DNA of 32,000 nucleotides, taken from NCBI RefSeq assembly GCF_000025945.1, contig NC_006138.1, forward strand, positions 300,001-332,000, given 5' to 3'. The notes under the pieces were generated by a model, which was not told the DNA's origin, ran no database searches, and was given only the letters and a program-made list of their open reading frames with translations. Source of the stretch: Desulfotalea psychrophila LSv54. GTDB lineage: Bacteria > Desulfobacterota > Desulfobulbia > Desulfobulbales > Desulfocapsaceae. This document shows positions 1 to 10,800 of the stretch, piece by piece (the stretch's first letter is position 1; every line of letters begins with the position of its first letter). Made by a program: the position numbers and the translations under genes.

Positions 1-95
1 ACAAAAACATCACGCTCGGTATAGAGCGAGTTAATAACTATATCAAGTAGCTTTTTGGTCTCTGCCTGAAATTCATAGTTTTTTGCTTCTGTCAT
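1..95 (-). CDS. htpG: Chaperone HtpG (Hsp90), N-terminus only; gene runs off the left window edge
   Basis: Not in the ORF track because truncated. Reverse complement of 95..1 translates as MTEAKNYEFQAETKKLLDIVINSLYTERDVF, matching the conserved HtpG start (FEFQAEvkqLLdlmIhSLYsnkeiFlR). GAGGTG Shine-Dalgarno-like sequence just upstream. Confidence 0.9.
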   Translation of the reverse strand, partial: MTEAKNYEFQAETKKLLDIVINSLYTERDVF

Positions 96-178
96 CGAAA
101 ACACCTCATTCGTGCGTGGTTATACTATCTGTGATAGCTCAGCCGGGCTGGCCATTATTATTCCCTTAATGCGGGCAA

Positions 179-207
179 AATGTTAAACATTTATGGTAAT
201 GTGTCAA
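179..207 (-). promoter_or_regulatory. Candidate sigma70-type promoter for htpG
   Basis: Minus strand TTGACA (207..202), 16-17 nt spacer, TAACAT/AACATT near 185..179, about 85 nt upstream of the htpG ATG. Confidence 0.35.
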
Positions 208-359
208 GAGAGATATTGCAGGGAGAAGAGGAGTCATTACTAGCTATAATGTTTCGCTAAAAACCTGTAAGGCCCCTCACGGCTGTCCTTTACAGCAATT
301 CTATAAGAGCCATAAAAGAGAAGAAGCTCATTCCACATATACCAAGAAAAGAGACGACA

Positions 360-1757
360 ATGACAAAACAACTCGATACCATTATTGTTGGAGCAGGCCT
401 TTCAGGACTCACCGTGGCCCATAAACTTCGCCTCAAAGACAAACTACACAGCCTCCTGATTATTGACAGGGAGGAGCAAAGCGGCGGTGTCATACGTACC
501 CATCGGCAAGATGGCTTTATCTCAGAAATTGGCCCCCATGGTTTCCTTGACAATAACCCTGCCAGTAAGCTCATCCTTGCCGAGACAGGTCTTGATAAGG
601 AGACGGTAAAGGCACCGCTTATGGACTTTGTCCGCTATGTCTACCTCCACGACAAGCTGAACCTGATAGAGCAGACGCCAGGGAAAATTATCATGGCACC
701 GCTGATCTCCTGGCCTGCCAAGTTCCGCGTTCTGGCCGATCTATGGAAGCGGCCGCTAGAGGGAGACCCCAGCATTGCCAAGTGGGTCGAACATCGCTTT
801 GGCCCGGCCCTACTCCCCTTTATAGATGCAATCTTTACGGGAACCTACGCCGGAGACTACGAGACCCTGACCGTTGGCAGTGTCTGGCCTGGGGTACGTG
901 AGTTGGAAAAAAAACATGGCTCCGTGATTCGCGGACTTATTGCAAGATGGATTGCAAAGAAGAGAACAGGTGACAAAACGCCTATGAACATGCCGTCCAT
1001 GACCAGTTTTGCCGAGGGTATGGCCCGTCTACCGGAGAGATTAAGTGAAGGGTTGTCTGCCGAAGAGCTCCTGCTGAATACCGATGTTACAGCCATTGCC
1101 AGAGGAGAAAATGGTTGGGCGGTAAAGACCGGGACAGGCGAAGAGTACAGGGCGACACAGCTTGTCCTGGCCCTGCCAACCAATGAAGCCCTGCGCTTAC
1201 TTGCACCCCTTAATACGGGAATGCCAATGCAAAAGATACCCGAGGCACGAATTGCCTCGGTAATCATGGGCTTCAAGGGGGCAACGCTACCTCCGGGATT
1301 TGGCTTTCTCACCCCTGAAGTGGAAAAACGTTTTTCTCTCGGCTGCCTCTTCTCTTCAAATATGTTTCCGGGCCGAGCCCCAGAAGGCCATGTGGTGATC
1401 GAGACCCTGGTTGGAGGCAAGCGCCACCCTGAAAGGCTGAATCTGGACGATGAAACCATAATCGAGAGGGCATTAGCTGATATTAGAGCGATCCTTGACC
1501 TGCCGAACCCTCCCGTCTATACCAGGGTACTCCGCTCAAAGTCAGGAATCCCCCAACTGGAAGAGGGCTACCCGGAACTTCTCTCCTGGCGTGATGCCCT
1601 GGTAAGAACCTATCCTGGACTCCATCTCTGCGGTTTTGGTTGGGAAGGTATTGGACTCAATGAGATGATGAAGGCAGGTACCAGAGTGGCCGAGGCTGTA
1701 CTGGATGCCGGAGGTAGCGCCTCGGCTCAGGCAGAGATAAAGGGCATTTATTTTTAA
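360..1757 (+). CDS. hemG: Protoporphyrinogen oxidase (HemY/HemG FAD type)
   Basis: 465 aa; N-terminal FAD dinucleotide motif DTIIVGAGLSGLTVAHKL; EIGPHGF and C-terminal LHLCGFGWEGIGLNEMMKAGTRVAE typical of PPO family. Confidence 0.88.
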   Translation: MTKQLDTIIVGAGLSGLTVAHKLRLKDKLHSLLIIDREEQSGGVIRTHRQDGFISEIGPHGFLDNNPASKLILAETGLDKETVKAPLMDFVRYVYLHDKLNLIEQTPGKIIMAPLISWPAKFRVLADLWKRPLEGDPSIAKWVEHRFGPALLPFIDAIFTGTYAGDYETLTVGSVWPGVRELEKKHGSVIRGLIARWIAKKRTGDKTPMNMPSMTSFAEGMARLPERLSEGLSAEELLLNTDVTAIARGENGWAVKTGTGEEYRATQLVLALPTNEALRLLAPLNTGMPMQKIPEARIASVIMGFKGATLPPGFGFLTPEVEKRFSLGCLFSSNMFPGRAPEGHVVIETLVGGKRHPERLNLDDETIIERALADIRAILDLPNPPVYTRVLRSKSGIPQLEEGYPELLSWRDALVRTYPGLHLCGFGWEGIGLNEMMKAGTRVAEAVLDAGGSASAQAEIKGIYF

Positions 1758-1789
1758 TCCTTGCAGGACCAGAAAAAGATCAAAAAAAA

Positions 1790-1823
1790 GGGGCTGTAAC
1801 GATATTCGTTACAGCCCCTTTTT
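1790..1823. terminator. Bidirectional rho-independent terminator between convergent hemG and dnaA
   Basis: Perfect 13-bp stem GGGGCTGTAACGA / TCGTTACAGCCCC with 3-nt loop, A-run on the left and T-run on the right. Confidence 0.92.
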
Positions 1824-1841
1824 AAATTTTAGATGAAAATA

Positions 1842-3263
1842 CTATATCTGTTTTACCTTATCACTGAGCAGATTAACCTGAGCACCGAGGGACATATCGC
1901 GTCGTGCCTTGTCCGTAATAACCTTTACGGAATGAATCACCGTTGAGTGGTCACGCTTATAGGTGCGGCCAATCTCGGCAAGGGACTCTTCGGTGAATTT
2001 ACGGCTCAAGTACATGGCAATCTGCCGGGGCAAGCTGATTGATTTCTTACGAGAACGAGACTGAAGATCCTCAACACTCACCTGAAACTGAGCACTGATC
2101 AGATCACGAATAAGGCTAGAGGAGAGGGACTGATTGCAACCAACAACTGAGCCCACCACCTCACGAATAAGATTCATATCAATATAACCACCCATCAGAC
2201 GGGCCCGGGCCCCAATGGCTGTTATAGCAGATTCAATCTGACGAACATCTCCTCGAACATTCTGAGCAAGATAGCTGGTCATATCCTCATCGAAGGAGAG
2301 ACGCTGTCCTGCTGCCTTTCTCTCAACAATTCGAGATCTTGTCTTTATATCAGGGGCCTGAATAGAGGTGATAAGGCCGGCACTCATCCGGGAACGAAAT
2401 TCACCATCGATACCTGCCAACTCACGGGGGGCAGCATTTGCCGTAAGCAAGACTCGCTTACCCGATTTAACCAAGGTATCGAGTACCTCGTTAAGTTCTT
2501 CCTGAGTCTTTTTCTTACCCTTTAAAGTATGAATGTCTTCCACAAGTAAAATATCACAATCCTCCTGATATTTTTTCTTAAACATATCCATACTGTTATT
2601 TTTAATACCATGCACCATCTCCGCCGAGAATTGCTGGGCGGTGACATAGTGCATACGGGTCATGGGCGAATTACTGAGCAGGTGATGAGCAACGGCATGG
2701 GTGAGATGACTCTTACCAAGTCCTGTGCCACTGTTAATATAGAGACAGGGACCGACGGTATCAGCATCTGCCGATATAGCCCGGCAGGCAGACTCTGCCA
2801 AAATATTACTCTGCCCCACCATAAATTCATCAAAGGTATAACGAGGATGCAGGGCACGAATACTGGCATTATTCTTAGGCACAGAGGGCAGACGCAGCTG
2901 ACGTGGTACCGAAGAAGCCGAAGAGGCCGTAGAAGCCGTAGAAGCAGTAGAAGCCGAAGAGACCGAAGGAACTGGAAAGGTTGGTGCCGAGGTGGATGTC
3001 CTGTGCATCATAGAACGCAATTGAGGCACGGCTTTTTTCTCTAAGAAGCGCACATCAGTGATGCTAGAATCAACGCCTGTAAGGGATCGCTCGATTTCCT
3101 TCAGATAATTTTGCTTAACAAAGGCTATAAAATAACGATCGGGGCCTGCAAGAGAGACAACTCCGTTCTCTTGGCGGACAGATTCCAAAGGTGCTATCCA
3201 CAACGAATAGACATCTTTGGACAATGATTCCTTTAAGCACCCCTGCGCCTTCTGCCACGCCAT
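1842..3263 (-). CDS. dnaA: Chromosomal replication initiator protein DnaA, divergent in sequence
   Basis: ORF track gives 1842..3305; ATG at 3263 (MAWQKAQGCLKESLSKDVYSLWIAPL) has an upstream AGGGG and fits DnaA domain I. Walker A GTGLGKS, Walker B-like LLVEDIHTL, C-terminal IGRTYKRDHSTVIHSV resembles the DnaA signature. Confidence 0.9.
   Translation of the reverse strand: MAWQKAQGCLKESLSKDVYSLWIAPLESVRQENGVVSLAGPDRYFIAFVKQNYLKEIERSLTGVDSSITDVRFLEKKAVPQLRSMMHRTSTSAPTFPVPSVSSASTASTASTASSASSVPRQLRLPSVPKNNASIRALHPRYTFDEFMVGQSNILAESACRAISADADTVGPCLYINSGTGLGKSHLTHAVAHHLLSNSPMTRMHYVTAQQFSAEMVHGIKNNSMDMFKKKYQEDCDILLVEDIHTLKGKKKTQEELNEVLDTLVKSGKRVLLTANAAPRELAGIDGEFRSRMSAGLITSIQAPDIKTRSRIVERKAAGQRLSFDEDMTSYLAQNVRGDVRQIESAITAIGARARLMGGYIDMNLIREVVGSVVGCNQSLSSSLIRDLISAQFQVSVEDLQSRSRKKSISLPRQIAMYLSRKFTEESLAEIGRTYKRDHSTVIHSVKVITDKARRDMSLGAQVNLLSDKVKQI
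2911..2970 (-). repeat. Short 9-nt-periodic repeat (GTAGAAGCC-like on + strand) coding a Ser/Thr/Ala-rich linker in DnaA domain II
   Basis: Encodes SVSSASTASTASTASSASS; repeated gaagccgta / gaagaagcc units. Confidence 0.8.
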
Positions 3264-3900
3264 AACAACCCCTGAAAACATTAAATAACAATAAAAACCA
3301 CGCAAAGCAATTTCATAGCCAATACAAACGGATTACTAATCGAAAAAAAATCAACTAGCCGCAGGCTACAAAACGCAATAAAAACATAAATTGCAATAAA
3401 AAAGGCTACCAGAGGACAAGAATAATGCCCCGAAGACAGTGAGAGAATAAACAGCAAATTTTGAATATCGTCAAAGAGCATTTCATGAAATTTTATCCAT
3501 CTCACCGTCTTTACGACCTCTTCTCGCCATCCCCCATCCCACCTACATCTAGAGGGAAGAGTAAACACTATCTCCCTATTTTATGGGACGCAGCGAACAA
3601 TATGTACTTTTCATATACTTTTCAATAAGTTAGCTAGATTAATAAAAATATTCAGACAGTTAACTTTTATATTAAACAGACAAAAACTAAAAAAACCTCA
3701 AAATTACGTAAAAAAGCTCTATTTTACCCAACAGACACTGCTTTTTCCCTTGCTGACAGCGGCTTCCAGCTCCAAAAAAAAAATCAGCTTTTTAAACTGA
3801 CACAAAATCCAGCACCTCTGGCAAAGCTCGCAGGGCGATAAAAACAAAACGAGATAGGACAAAAATATCTGAGACAAATGACGAAAAAGCCAAGATGACC

Positions 3901-4617
3901 TTATCTGGCAATGATGACCCTGGCCAGGGTGAGCACCTCCACCTCTGCCGCCCCATTTTTCCGAAGCACCTTACTACACTCGTCCACGGTTGTCCCCGTG
4001 GTAAAAACGTCATCGACCAGACATATTTTACGCCCCCGGATCATCTCTGCATCCCTCAGAGTAAAGGCTGCGAGAAGATTCCTACGACGAGCCACACCAC
4101 TCAGCCCCGTCTGCGGCAGAGTGTCCCGGGTACGCAGCAGAAGAGATGGCATAATTTTTTTATTTCTTTTACCAAAGAAAACTTTAGCGAGAAGAAATGC
4201 CTGATTAAAGCCCCTGCTTCGCAGACGGTGAAAATGCAGAGGAACGGGCAAAACAAGATCAGAGACGGGCAGACCAGCTCTCCAGCCGCTACTGGTAACA
4301 AGAGCATCTATGGCCCTTAAACAGGCCATATCCTGACCAAATTTCAAGCCATGTATCAGGCCACGCACGACATCCTCATAGATAAAAAGAGAGCGAGCCC
4401 GGTTATAGGCAGGCATATGAAGAAGACAGGTGCCACAAAGATGCTCCGTTTCGACAGGCCCCACCAACGGCCCGCCACAGCAGAGACAGAGGGGTGGACG
4501 AGTGGGCTTTATTTTCTGCAGACAGGCAGGACATAGCGTCTCCCTGATGCCATAGGGAATCCTCTCCTCACAGTAGACGCAGGATCTTGGAAAAAGCAGA
4601 TCTAACAGACCAGGCAT
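3901..4617 (-). CDS. comF: ComF family phosphoribosyltransferase-like protein
   Basis: N-terminal CVYC..C..C / CLCCGGPL..CGTC zinc-finger pattern; PRPP-binding motif ICLVDDVFTTGTT; LRSRGFNQAFLLAK. Confidence 0.88.
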   Translation of the reverse strand: MPGLLDLLFPRSCVYCEERIPYGIRETLCPACLQKIKPTRPPLCLCCGGPLVGPVETEHLCGTCLLHMPAYNRARSLFIYEDVVRGLIHGLKFGQDMACLRAIDALVTSSGWRAGLPVSDLVLPVPLHFHRLRSRGFNQAFLLAKVFFGKRNKKIMPSLLLRTRDTLPQTGLSGVARRRNLLAAFTLRDAEMIRGRKICLVDDVFTTGTTVDECSKVLRKNGAAEVEVLTLARVIIAR

Positions 4618-4941
4618 GACTCCCCCCTTAATGACTTTATTATTTCAGGTAGAAACTATTTCCATAAAGGATATCGTCCTCTTCGCCTTTATACAAAACG
4701 CTACAAAAAAAATTTAAACCACAAAAACAGCTTTTTTGGCACTCACGCATCAGGAGGCTTTGCAATCACAGCTAAATATGGCATAATGTCGCAACTTTGC
4801 CCATCCATTCTCATGAAAAATAGGTCAAAGCAAATAGTTGAGGGTTTTTCTATCTTAGAAAAAATCCCTGTCTCTATCGTACTTTTCTCTAACCATTCAT
4901 ATTAACTATGAATAAAAGCAGAACACGAAAAGGAACTGTTC

Positions 4942-7656
4942 ATGATTCGTTACAGGTTTCAAATAGCAAAACTACGCCACTGCACCTTTACGGCACTCTT
5001 TTTATGTATTGCCACCCTGGTCCTTGCTCAAAACGCCTCAGCTAATGTCCAAAAAACAGTTATTCTACCCCTAAAAATAAACAGCGTCAGTTCTTCCCCA
5101 GAAATGACGGTGGCCGCTGATAATGCCCTGGCAACGGCGCAAGAAAATGTAGCCATGATCCCGATAACAAGGGTTACCGCTGAAAATCTTGTTAATTATA
5201 ATGGCCCCTGGCCACCAAAAACTCTCACCATACAAAAGATTGCCCAGGGGACAGGATATAACTACGTGACCACGGGAACAATGACAGTCATCGGCAATAT
5301 GCTCAGTATAGATCTGAAGACAGTCGACAGCCTATCCCCCTCAAAGCCCATCTATTTTTATCGCCATGCCATCGAAAAAGATCAGATGACAACAGCCTTT
5401 GAAGAGTTGGTAGGCGAAGTACTCTCCTACACAGACAGAGAGCATCGCATTGCCGCCATCAGCCCCCAAGGCAATGCCCGGGTTGATTCCGGCGCTATTC
5501 TAAGAAAAATCAACTCCAAGGCAGGTGACATCTACGATCCTGCCACTCTACGCCAAGACCTTAAGGCTATATACGCCATGGGCTACTTCAATGACGTGCA
5601 GGTCGACGTAAAAGAAACCGCCAAGGGTAAGACTGTCACCTTCAATGTGGTTGAAAAGCCGCTGGTCAGCTCAGTGCTCTTTGTCGGCCTCAAGGAACTC
5701 AAACAAGAGGACGTCCAGGCAGTTGCCAATATCAAAGAACACCGAATTATCAACCCTGCCCAAATCAGTGCTGCCAAAGAGGCCATTATCAGCCTCTACG
5801 AGTCAAAAGGTTTTTATAACTGCACCGTAAAATCAGAGATAAGCTATCCCGCAGAGAGCGGTGGTGCCGTCGTCACCTTCAATATAGTTGAGGGTCACAA
5901 GGTATATGTTGAAGAGATCAGCTTCGAGGGCAATAAGAACTTTGACGCAGGTGAGCTTGAGGACATCCTTGAGACAAAGGAGAAGAGCTGGCTCACCTGG
6001 CTCACTGCGGCTGGCCTGCTTGACATGGAAAAAATCAAGCAGGATGGCAATCGCCTTCTCGCCTACTACAACAATCACGGATTTCTCGATGCAAAGGTAG
6101 GAGAACCACAGGTTCGTCAAGAGGGCGATCTTGTTTATCTCCACTTTGTCATTGCAGAGGGGCCACGCTATCGAATTGGCCTTATCGACTTTTCAGGCGA
6201 CCTGATGATCGATAAAAAAACCCTGGCTAAACTGGTCAGCGTTCGTAATGAGCCCTACCTCAACAGAGGGCTGATGCGCGACGACATCATGAATATAACC
6301 GATGCCTACTCAGAGCTCGGCTATGCCTTTGCCAGTGTTAAACCAAGAACCAGAAAATCTGCGGTGGGTAATCGTATAGATATAACCTTTGATATTGCCA
6401 AAAATGATCTGGTCTACATTGACAGAATCACCATCAATGGCAATGTCCGAACCCGCGACAATGTTATTCGCCGGGAATTGCGTATAGTTGAAGGGGGCCT
6501 CTTTGACAGTGCAGCCCTGCGAAAATCAAATAAGGCCCTGCAACGCCTCGGCTACTTCAAAGAGGTGAACATCACTCCGGAGCCCACATCGGATCCTTCC
6601 CGAATGAATATTGTGGTCAATATTAAAGAGAAACCAACGGGTAGCTTTAGCATCGGCGTAGGCTATAGCACAACGGATGGCATCATTGTTTCAGGTAAGA
6701 TCTCTGAAAATAACTTTCTTGGCCGTGGTGACACCCTGAGCCTGAGTGGTGATATTGGTGGGATAAGCAGTAACTTCAACCTTGGTTACACCAACCCACA
6801 TCTCAACGACTCTGAACTCTCCTGGGGTGCTGATCTCTTTAATACCGAAAGAGAATTCGACGATTACGACAAAAAACGCACCGGTGCAGGTCTTCGGGTT
6901 GGCTATCCTATTTGGCAAGAATGGCGCCTATTTAGCAATTACAGCATAACCGACACCAAGCTCACCGACATCAAAGATAATGCCTCGTGGATTATCAAAA
7001 ATTCAGCAGATATTAATCTAAGCAGTGCAGTGAAGTTCACCCTTGTCAGCGATGACCGTGACAAACAGTTTATGCCCACCGAGGGTAGCCGCACCAGCAT
7101 CAGCCTTAAATATGCCGGTGGCCCTCTGATGGGAGATGCTCAGTTTTATAAGGTTGAGGCCAGTACCAGTTGGTATTTTCCAGCCTTCTTGGGCACCACC
7201 TACCACCTTAAAGGGGCAGCAGGATACGCTGGCGAGACAGAGACCGACAAGCTCCCTGTCTACGAGAGATTTTACCTTGGTGGCATGAACAGTATGCGTG
7301 GTTTTGAATACGCCAAGATGAGCCCCGTCGACAAACTTTCAGGAGATCGCGTTGGTGGTAATATGATGTGGTACACAAACGTGGAATGGATCTTTCCCAT
7401 ATCCGATGCTCAGGGCGTTAACGGTATGACCTTCTTCGATATAGGCCAGGTTAGTGGCGAAGATCTTAATGGCAGTACCCTCAACGGTAGTTCAGCAATT
7501 GAGACAGAGTATAACGATGTCAAAATGGATGTTGGTCTCGGTCTCATGTGGAACTCTCCCATGGGTCCATTGACCATTACCTGGGGTTACAACCTTGACC
7601 CACTGGACGATGAAGACCCATCCGTCTTTAACTTTAGCATGGGTGGAAACTTCTAA
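4942..7656 (+). CDS. bamA: Outer membrane protein assembly factor BamA with an additional N-terminal domain
   Basis: Signal peptide, several POTRA-like repeats (FNVVEKPLVSSVLFVGLKEL, FNIVEGHKVYVEEISFEGNKNF), C-terminal beta barrel with SVGVGYSTTDGI, RGF motif (GGMNSMRGFEYAKMSP) and terminal aromatic F. Confidence 0.93.
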   Translation: MIRYRFQIAKLRHCTFTALFLCIATLVLAQNASANVQKTVILPLKINSVSSSPEMTVAADNALATAQENVAMIPITRVTAENLVNYNGPWPPKTLTIQKIAQGTGYNYVTTGTMTVIGNMLSIDLKTVDSLSPSKPIYFYRHAIEKDQMTTAFEELVGEVLSYTDREHRIAAISPQGNARVDSGAILRKINSKAGDIYDPATLRQDLKAIYAMGYFNDVQVDVKETAKGKTVTFNVVEKPLVSSVLFVGLKELKQEDVQAVANIKEHRIINPAQISAAKEAIISLYESKGFYNCTVKSEISYPAESGGAVVTFNIVEGHKVYVEEISFEGNKNFDAGELEDILETKEKSWLTWLTAAGLLDMEKIKQDGNRLLAYYNNHGFLDAKVGEPQVRQEGDLVYLHFVIAEGPRYRIGLIDFSGDLMIDKKTLAKLVSVRNEPYLNRGLMRDDIMNITDAYSELGYAFASVKPRTRKSAVGNRIDITFDIAKNDLVYIDRITINGNVRTRDNVIRRELRIVEGGLFDSAALRKSNKALQRLGYFKEVNITPEPTSDPSRMNIVVNIKEKPTGSFSIGVGYSTTDGIIVSGKISENNFLGRGDTLSLSGDIGGISSNFNLGYTNPHLNDSELSWGADLFNTEREFDDYDKKRTGAGLRVGYPIWQEWRLFSNYSITDTKLTDIKDNASWIIKNSADINLSSAVKFTLVSDDRDKQFMPTEGSRTSISLKYAGGPLMGDAQFYKVEASTSWYFPAFLGTTYHLKGAAGYAGETETDKLPVYERFYLGGMNSMRGFEYAKMSPVDKLSGDRVGGNMMWYTNVEWIFPISDAQGVNGMTFFDIGQVSGEDLNGSTLNGSSAIETEYNDVKMDVGLGLMWNSPMGPLTITWGYNLDPLDDEDPSVFNFSMGGNF

Positions 7657-7683
7657 AAAAGAATGTGCCCACTCAGTCAGCTC

Positions 7684-7720
7684 AAATGCCAACTACATTC
7701 CATGTAGTTGGCATTTTTTT
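7684..7720 (+). terminator. Rho-independent terminator after bamA
   Basis: Perfect 15-bp stem AAATGCCAACTACAT / ATGTAGTTGGCATTT, loop TCC, followed by T-run. Confidence 0.93.
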
Positions 7721-7856
7721 TAAGCCTCTTCCCGTAGATAAAAAGCCTGCCCCCTTGCTTTTCTGCTAAAAAGACAAATTTATATAGAAGGCTTCCCGGA
7801 CGGGAAAAAACTGGTAATAACCACGTAACTGCTCGGATTTTTCTAGGATTATACCC

Positions 7857-10800
7857 ATGACGACAACAAACATTTTTGCCCAAATTGACAAAAAAAAAGC
7901 AATTACCCTCTCGGGGCTCAGGGGGAGCAGCACAGCCCTCCTGGCAGCTCAGCTGGCAAAAAATTCAAGTTGTTGCTGTATTGTCCCGGATGACCATCTC
8001 ATCCCCATCGTCGTGCAAAACCTGCAGCTCTTCTCTGAAAAAACCATCCTCAGCTACCCAAGTCACGAAATACCACCCTACACGGCTCTCTCCCCCGACC
8101 AGAAGGTGACAGCAACACGACTGGCAAGTCTCTATCAGGCGGCAAACAGTGAACACCCCACCATCATTGTCACCTCCATCGAAGCCCTGCTTCGCCGGGT
8201 CATCCCCAAAGAGCTCCTCTCAGCCCGGGTCGAACTCATCATGGCTGGCGAAGATTGTGACCGGGACGGCTTAATCACCAGCCTTCTTCTCCTCGGTTAC
8301 GACAAGGTCTCCTTGACAAAAAACGTAGGTGACTTCGCTGTTCGCGGTGGAATCATTGACATATACCCACCAGCCTTTGCCCTGGAGAATGGACAGCTCC
8401 ATGAGGGCCCTCTCCGTCTTGATTTTTTTGGTGATACGGTGGAGTCACTTCGCACCTTCGACCCGGTCAGCCAACGCTCCACGGGCAAACTCGAAGAGGC
8501 CATCCTCCTCCCCACCAGAGATTTCATCATTGACACCTCTGCCAAAAAGTCTCTACAGGAGATCGGTACGGCCCTACAAACACGGGCAGATAAGTACAGT
8601 TGGAACGAAGAGCTGACCCAGACCATGCTGGAAAAGATCAACACCGGCCAGGGTATTGCCGGAATTGAGTCCTTTCTTCCCCTCTTTTTCCCGGGTAAAA
8701 ACCTCTCCTCGCTTTTCGACTTCCTGACAGAAGACACCACCATGGTACTCATGGATAGCTTTGCCATCCAGCAGAGCATGAGAATGAGCTACCAACGAAT
8801 AGAACAAAACTACCTCGAAGTACAGGGCGCTGGCACCCCTGCCCTGCCACCCAAAGAAATATTCCTCTCACCGGAGGAGATAAAAGAAAAGCTCTCCTCC
8901 TTTAGACAGGTGCGGCTCTCTGATATCGTCAGTGAACAGGACAATGCCACGAGCTACAATACCCAGAGCCACGGCCTCCTTAAGCAGGAGATCGCCCGCA
9001 GGAGGGCCAAAGAAGGTATACTTGTACCGCTCATCGAAAGGATCAGGCAATGGCAGGAGGAGGGACATCGCATTGTCATCTGCTGTCGCTCGGAAAAGCA
9101 TACAAAAAATCTGGCAGAGATGCTGGAGAGGCACCACTTTAATATTTCCGTGGTACCAAGCCCCCTCTCTCTGCCAGATCTGCAGAAGCGGGCCGAACAG
9201 AGAGAGATCCTCCTCTGTGACCACCCGCTCTCCGAGGGATTTTCCCTACCCGAACAAGGCTGGGATATTATTTCCGAGAGCGAACTCTTTGGCCAGATGC
9301 GCCTTGGCTCCAAGAAGTCCAAAAGCAAAAAGTGGGCAGAACCCATTGAGTTTACAGAGCTCAATGAGGGTGACATTGTAGTTCATAGAGATCATGGTCT
9401 CGGCATATATCGAGGTCTTAATGCCATCCGAATCCAAGAGATTACCAATGATTTTATGAGCATTGAGTACCGAGACGATGACAAGCTCTATGTTCCCGTC
9501 GACCGTCTCAATCTGGTCAGTCGCTATCAGGGCATCTCCGACAGGGAGCCCCGCATCGACAAGCTCGGTAGCCAAAACTGGCGAAACACCACCAAAAAGG
9601 TCAAGGAAGAGGTATGGAAGGTCGCTCATGAGCTGCTTGAAATATACGCAAAAAGAGAACTTAAAGCAGGACGGGCATTTGCCCCTCCGGGCCAACTCTA
9701 TCAGGAACTCGAAGAGTCTTTCCCCTTTGATGAGACTGCCGGTCAGCTAGCGGCCATCAACAGTGTGCTAGATGACCTTACCGATGCAAACCCAATGGAT
9801 CGCCTTGTCTGTGGTGATGTGGGTTATGGTAAAACCGAAGTTGCCATCCGTGGAGCCTTCAAGGTCGTGGAAGATGGCGCCCAGGCGGCCATACTGGTAC
9901 CCACCACCGTCCTTGCCGAACAGCATCTCAAAACCTTTCGTGAACGACTACAGAATTTCCCTCTGCGTATCGAGTGTCTGAATCGATTCCGCACGGCCAA
10001 GGAACAACGGGAGATTGTCAAGGATCTGGCTGCGGGAAAAATTGATATTGTCATAGGCACCCACCGGCTCCTCTCAAAGGACGTCCAATTTAAAGATCTC
10101 GGCCTTCTCATTATTGATGAGGAGCATCGCTTCGGGGTGGCCCATAAGGAGAGACTGCGTAAGATGCGGGCCGAGGTAGACATCCTCACCCTGACGGCAA
10201 CCCCCATTCCCCGGACCCTGCAGATGTCTCTACTCTCCATCCGTGATCTCTCCGTTATATCCAGTCCTCCGGAACAGCGCCGGCCGGTCAAGACCTTTGT
10301 CGCCGAGGACGATGATCTGGTCATCAAGGAGGCTATTAGCCGGGAGCTGCGGCGTAAGGGCCAGACATTCTTTGTCCATAACCGGGTAAAATCTATCTAC
10401 CAGATAGCAAATAAAATTGAAAAGTTAGTCCCAGATGCCCGCATTGCCGTGGCCCATGGCCAGATGGACACCAAGGAACTGGAAAATATCATGGTCTCCT
10501 TTGTCAATAAGGAGGTCGATGTCCTGGTGGCCACCACCATCATCGAGTCTGGTCTTGATATTCCTTCGGCCAATACCATGATCATCAACCGGGCCGATAA
10601 CCTCGGTCTGGCAGAGATGTATCAGCTCCGGGGCCGAGTCGGCAGGTCCTCCACCCAATCCTTTGCCTACCTCCTCGTCCCCTCCCTCGATTCAATCAGC
10701 AAAGATTCACGGGAGAGACTGCGGGCCCTGATGGAGTGCAATGAGCTCGGTGGCGGTTTCAAACTGGCCATGAACGACCTGCAAATCCGTGGTGGCGGCA

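Noticed and set aside
290-574. Minus-strand ORF overlapping the start of hemG
   Set aside because: Antisense to a strongly supported CDS; no family-like motifs. The same reasoning applies to most short antisense ORFs in the track inside bamA, mfd, sucCD, gcv and lip genes.
3480-3510. Possible oriC/DnaA box near dnaA (TTATCCATC)
   Set aside because: A single 7/9 match with no cluster of boxes and no dnaN neighbour; insufficient to call an origin.
3281-3568. Minus-strand ORF upstream of dnaA
   Set aside because: Hydrophobic but low-complexity, no good ribosome-binding site seen, overlaps the dnaA 5' end; more likely AT-rich noncoding DNA.
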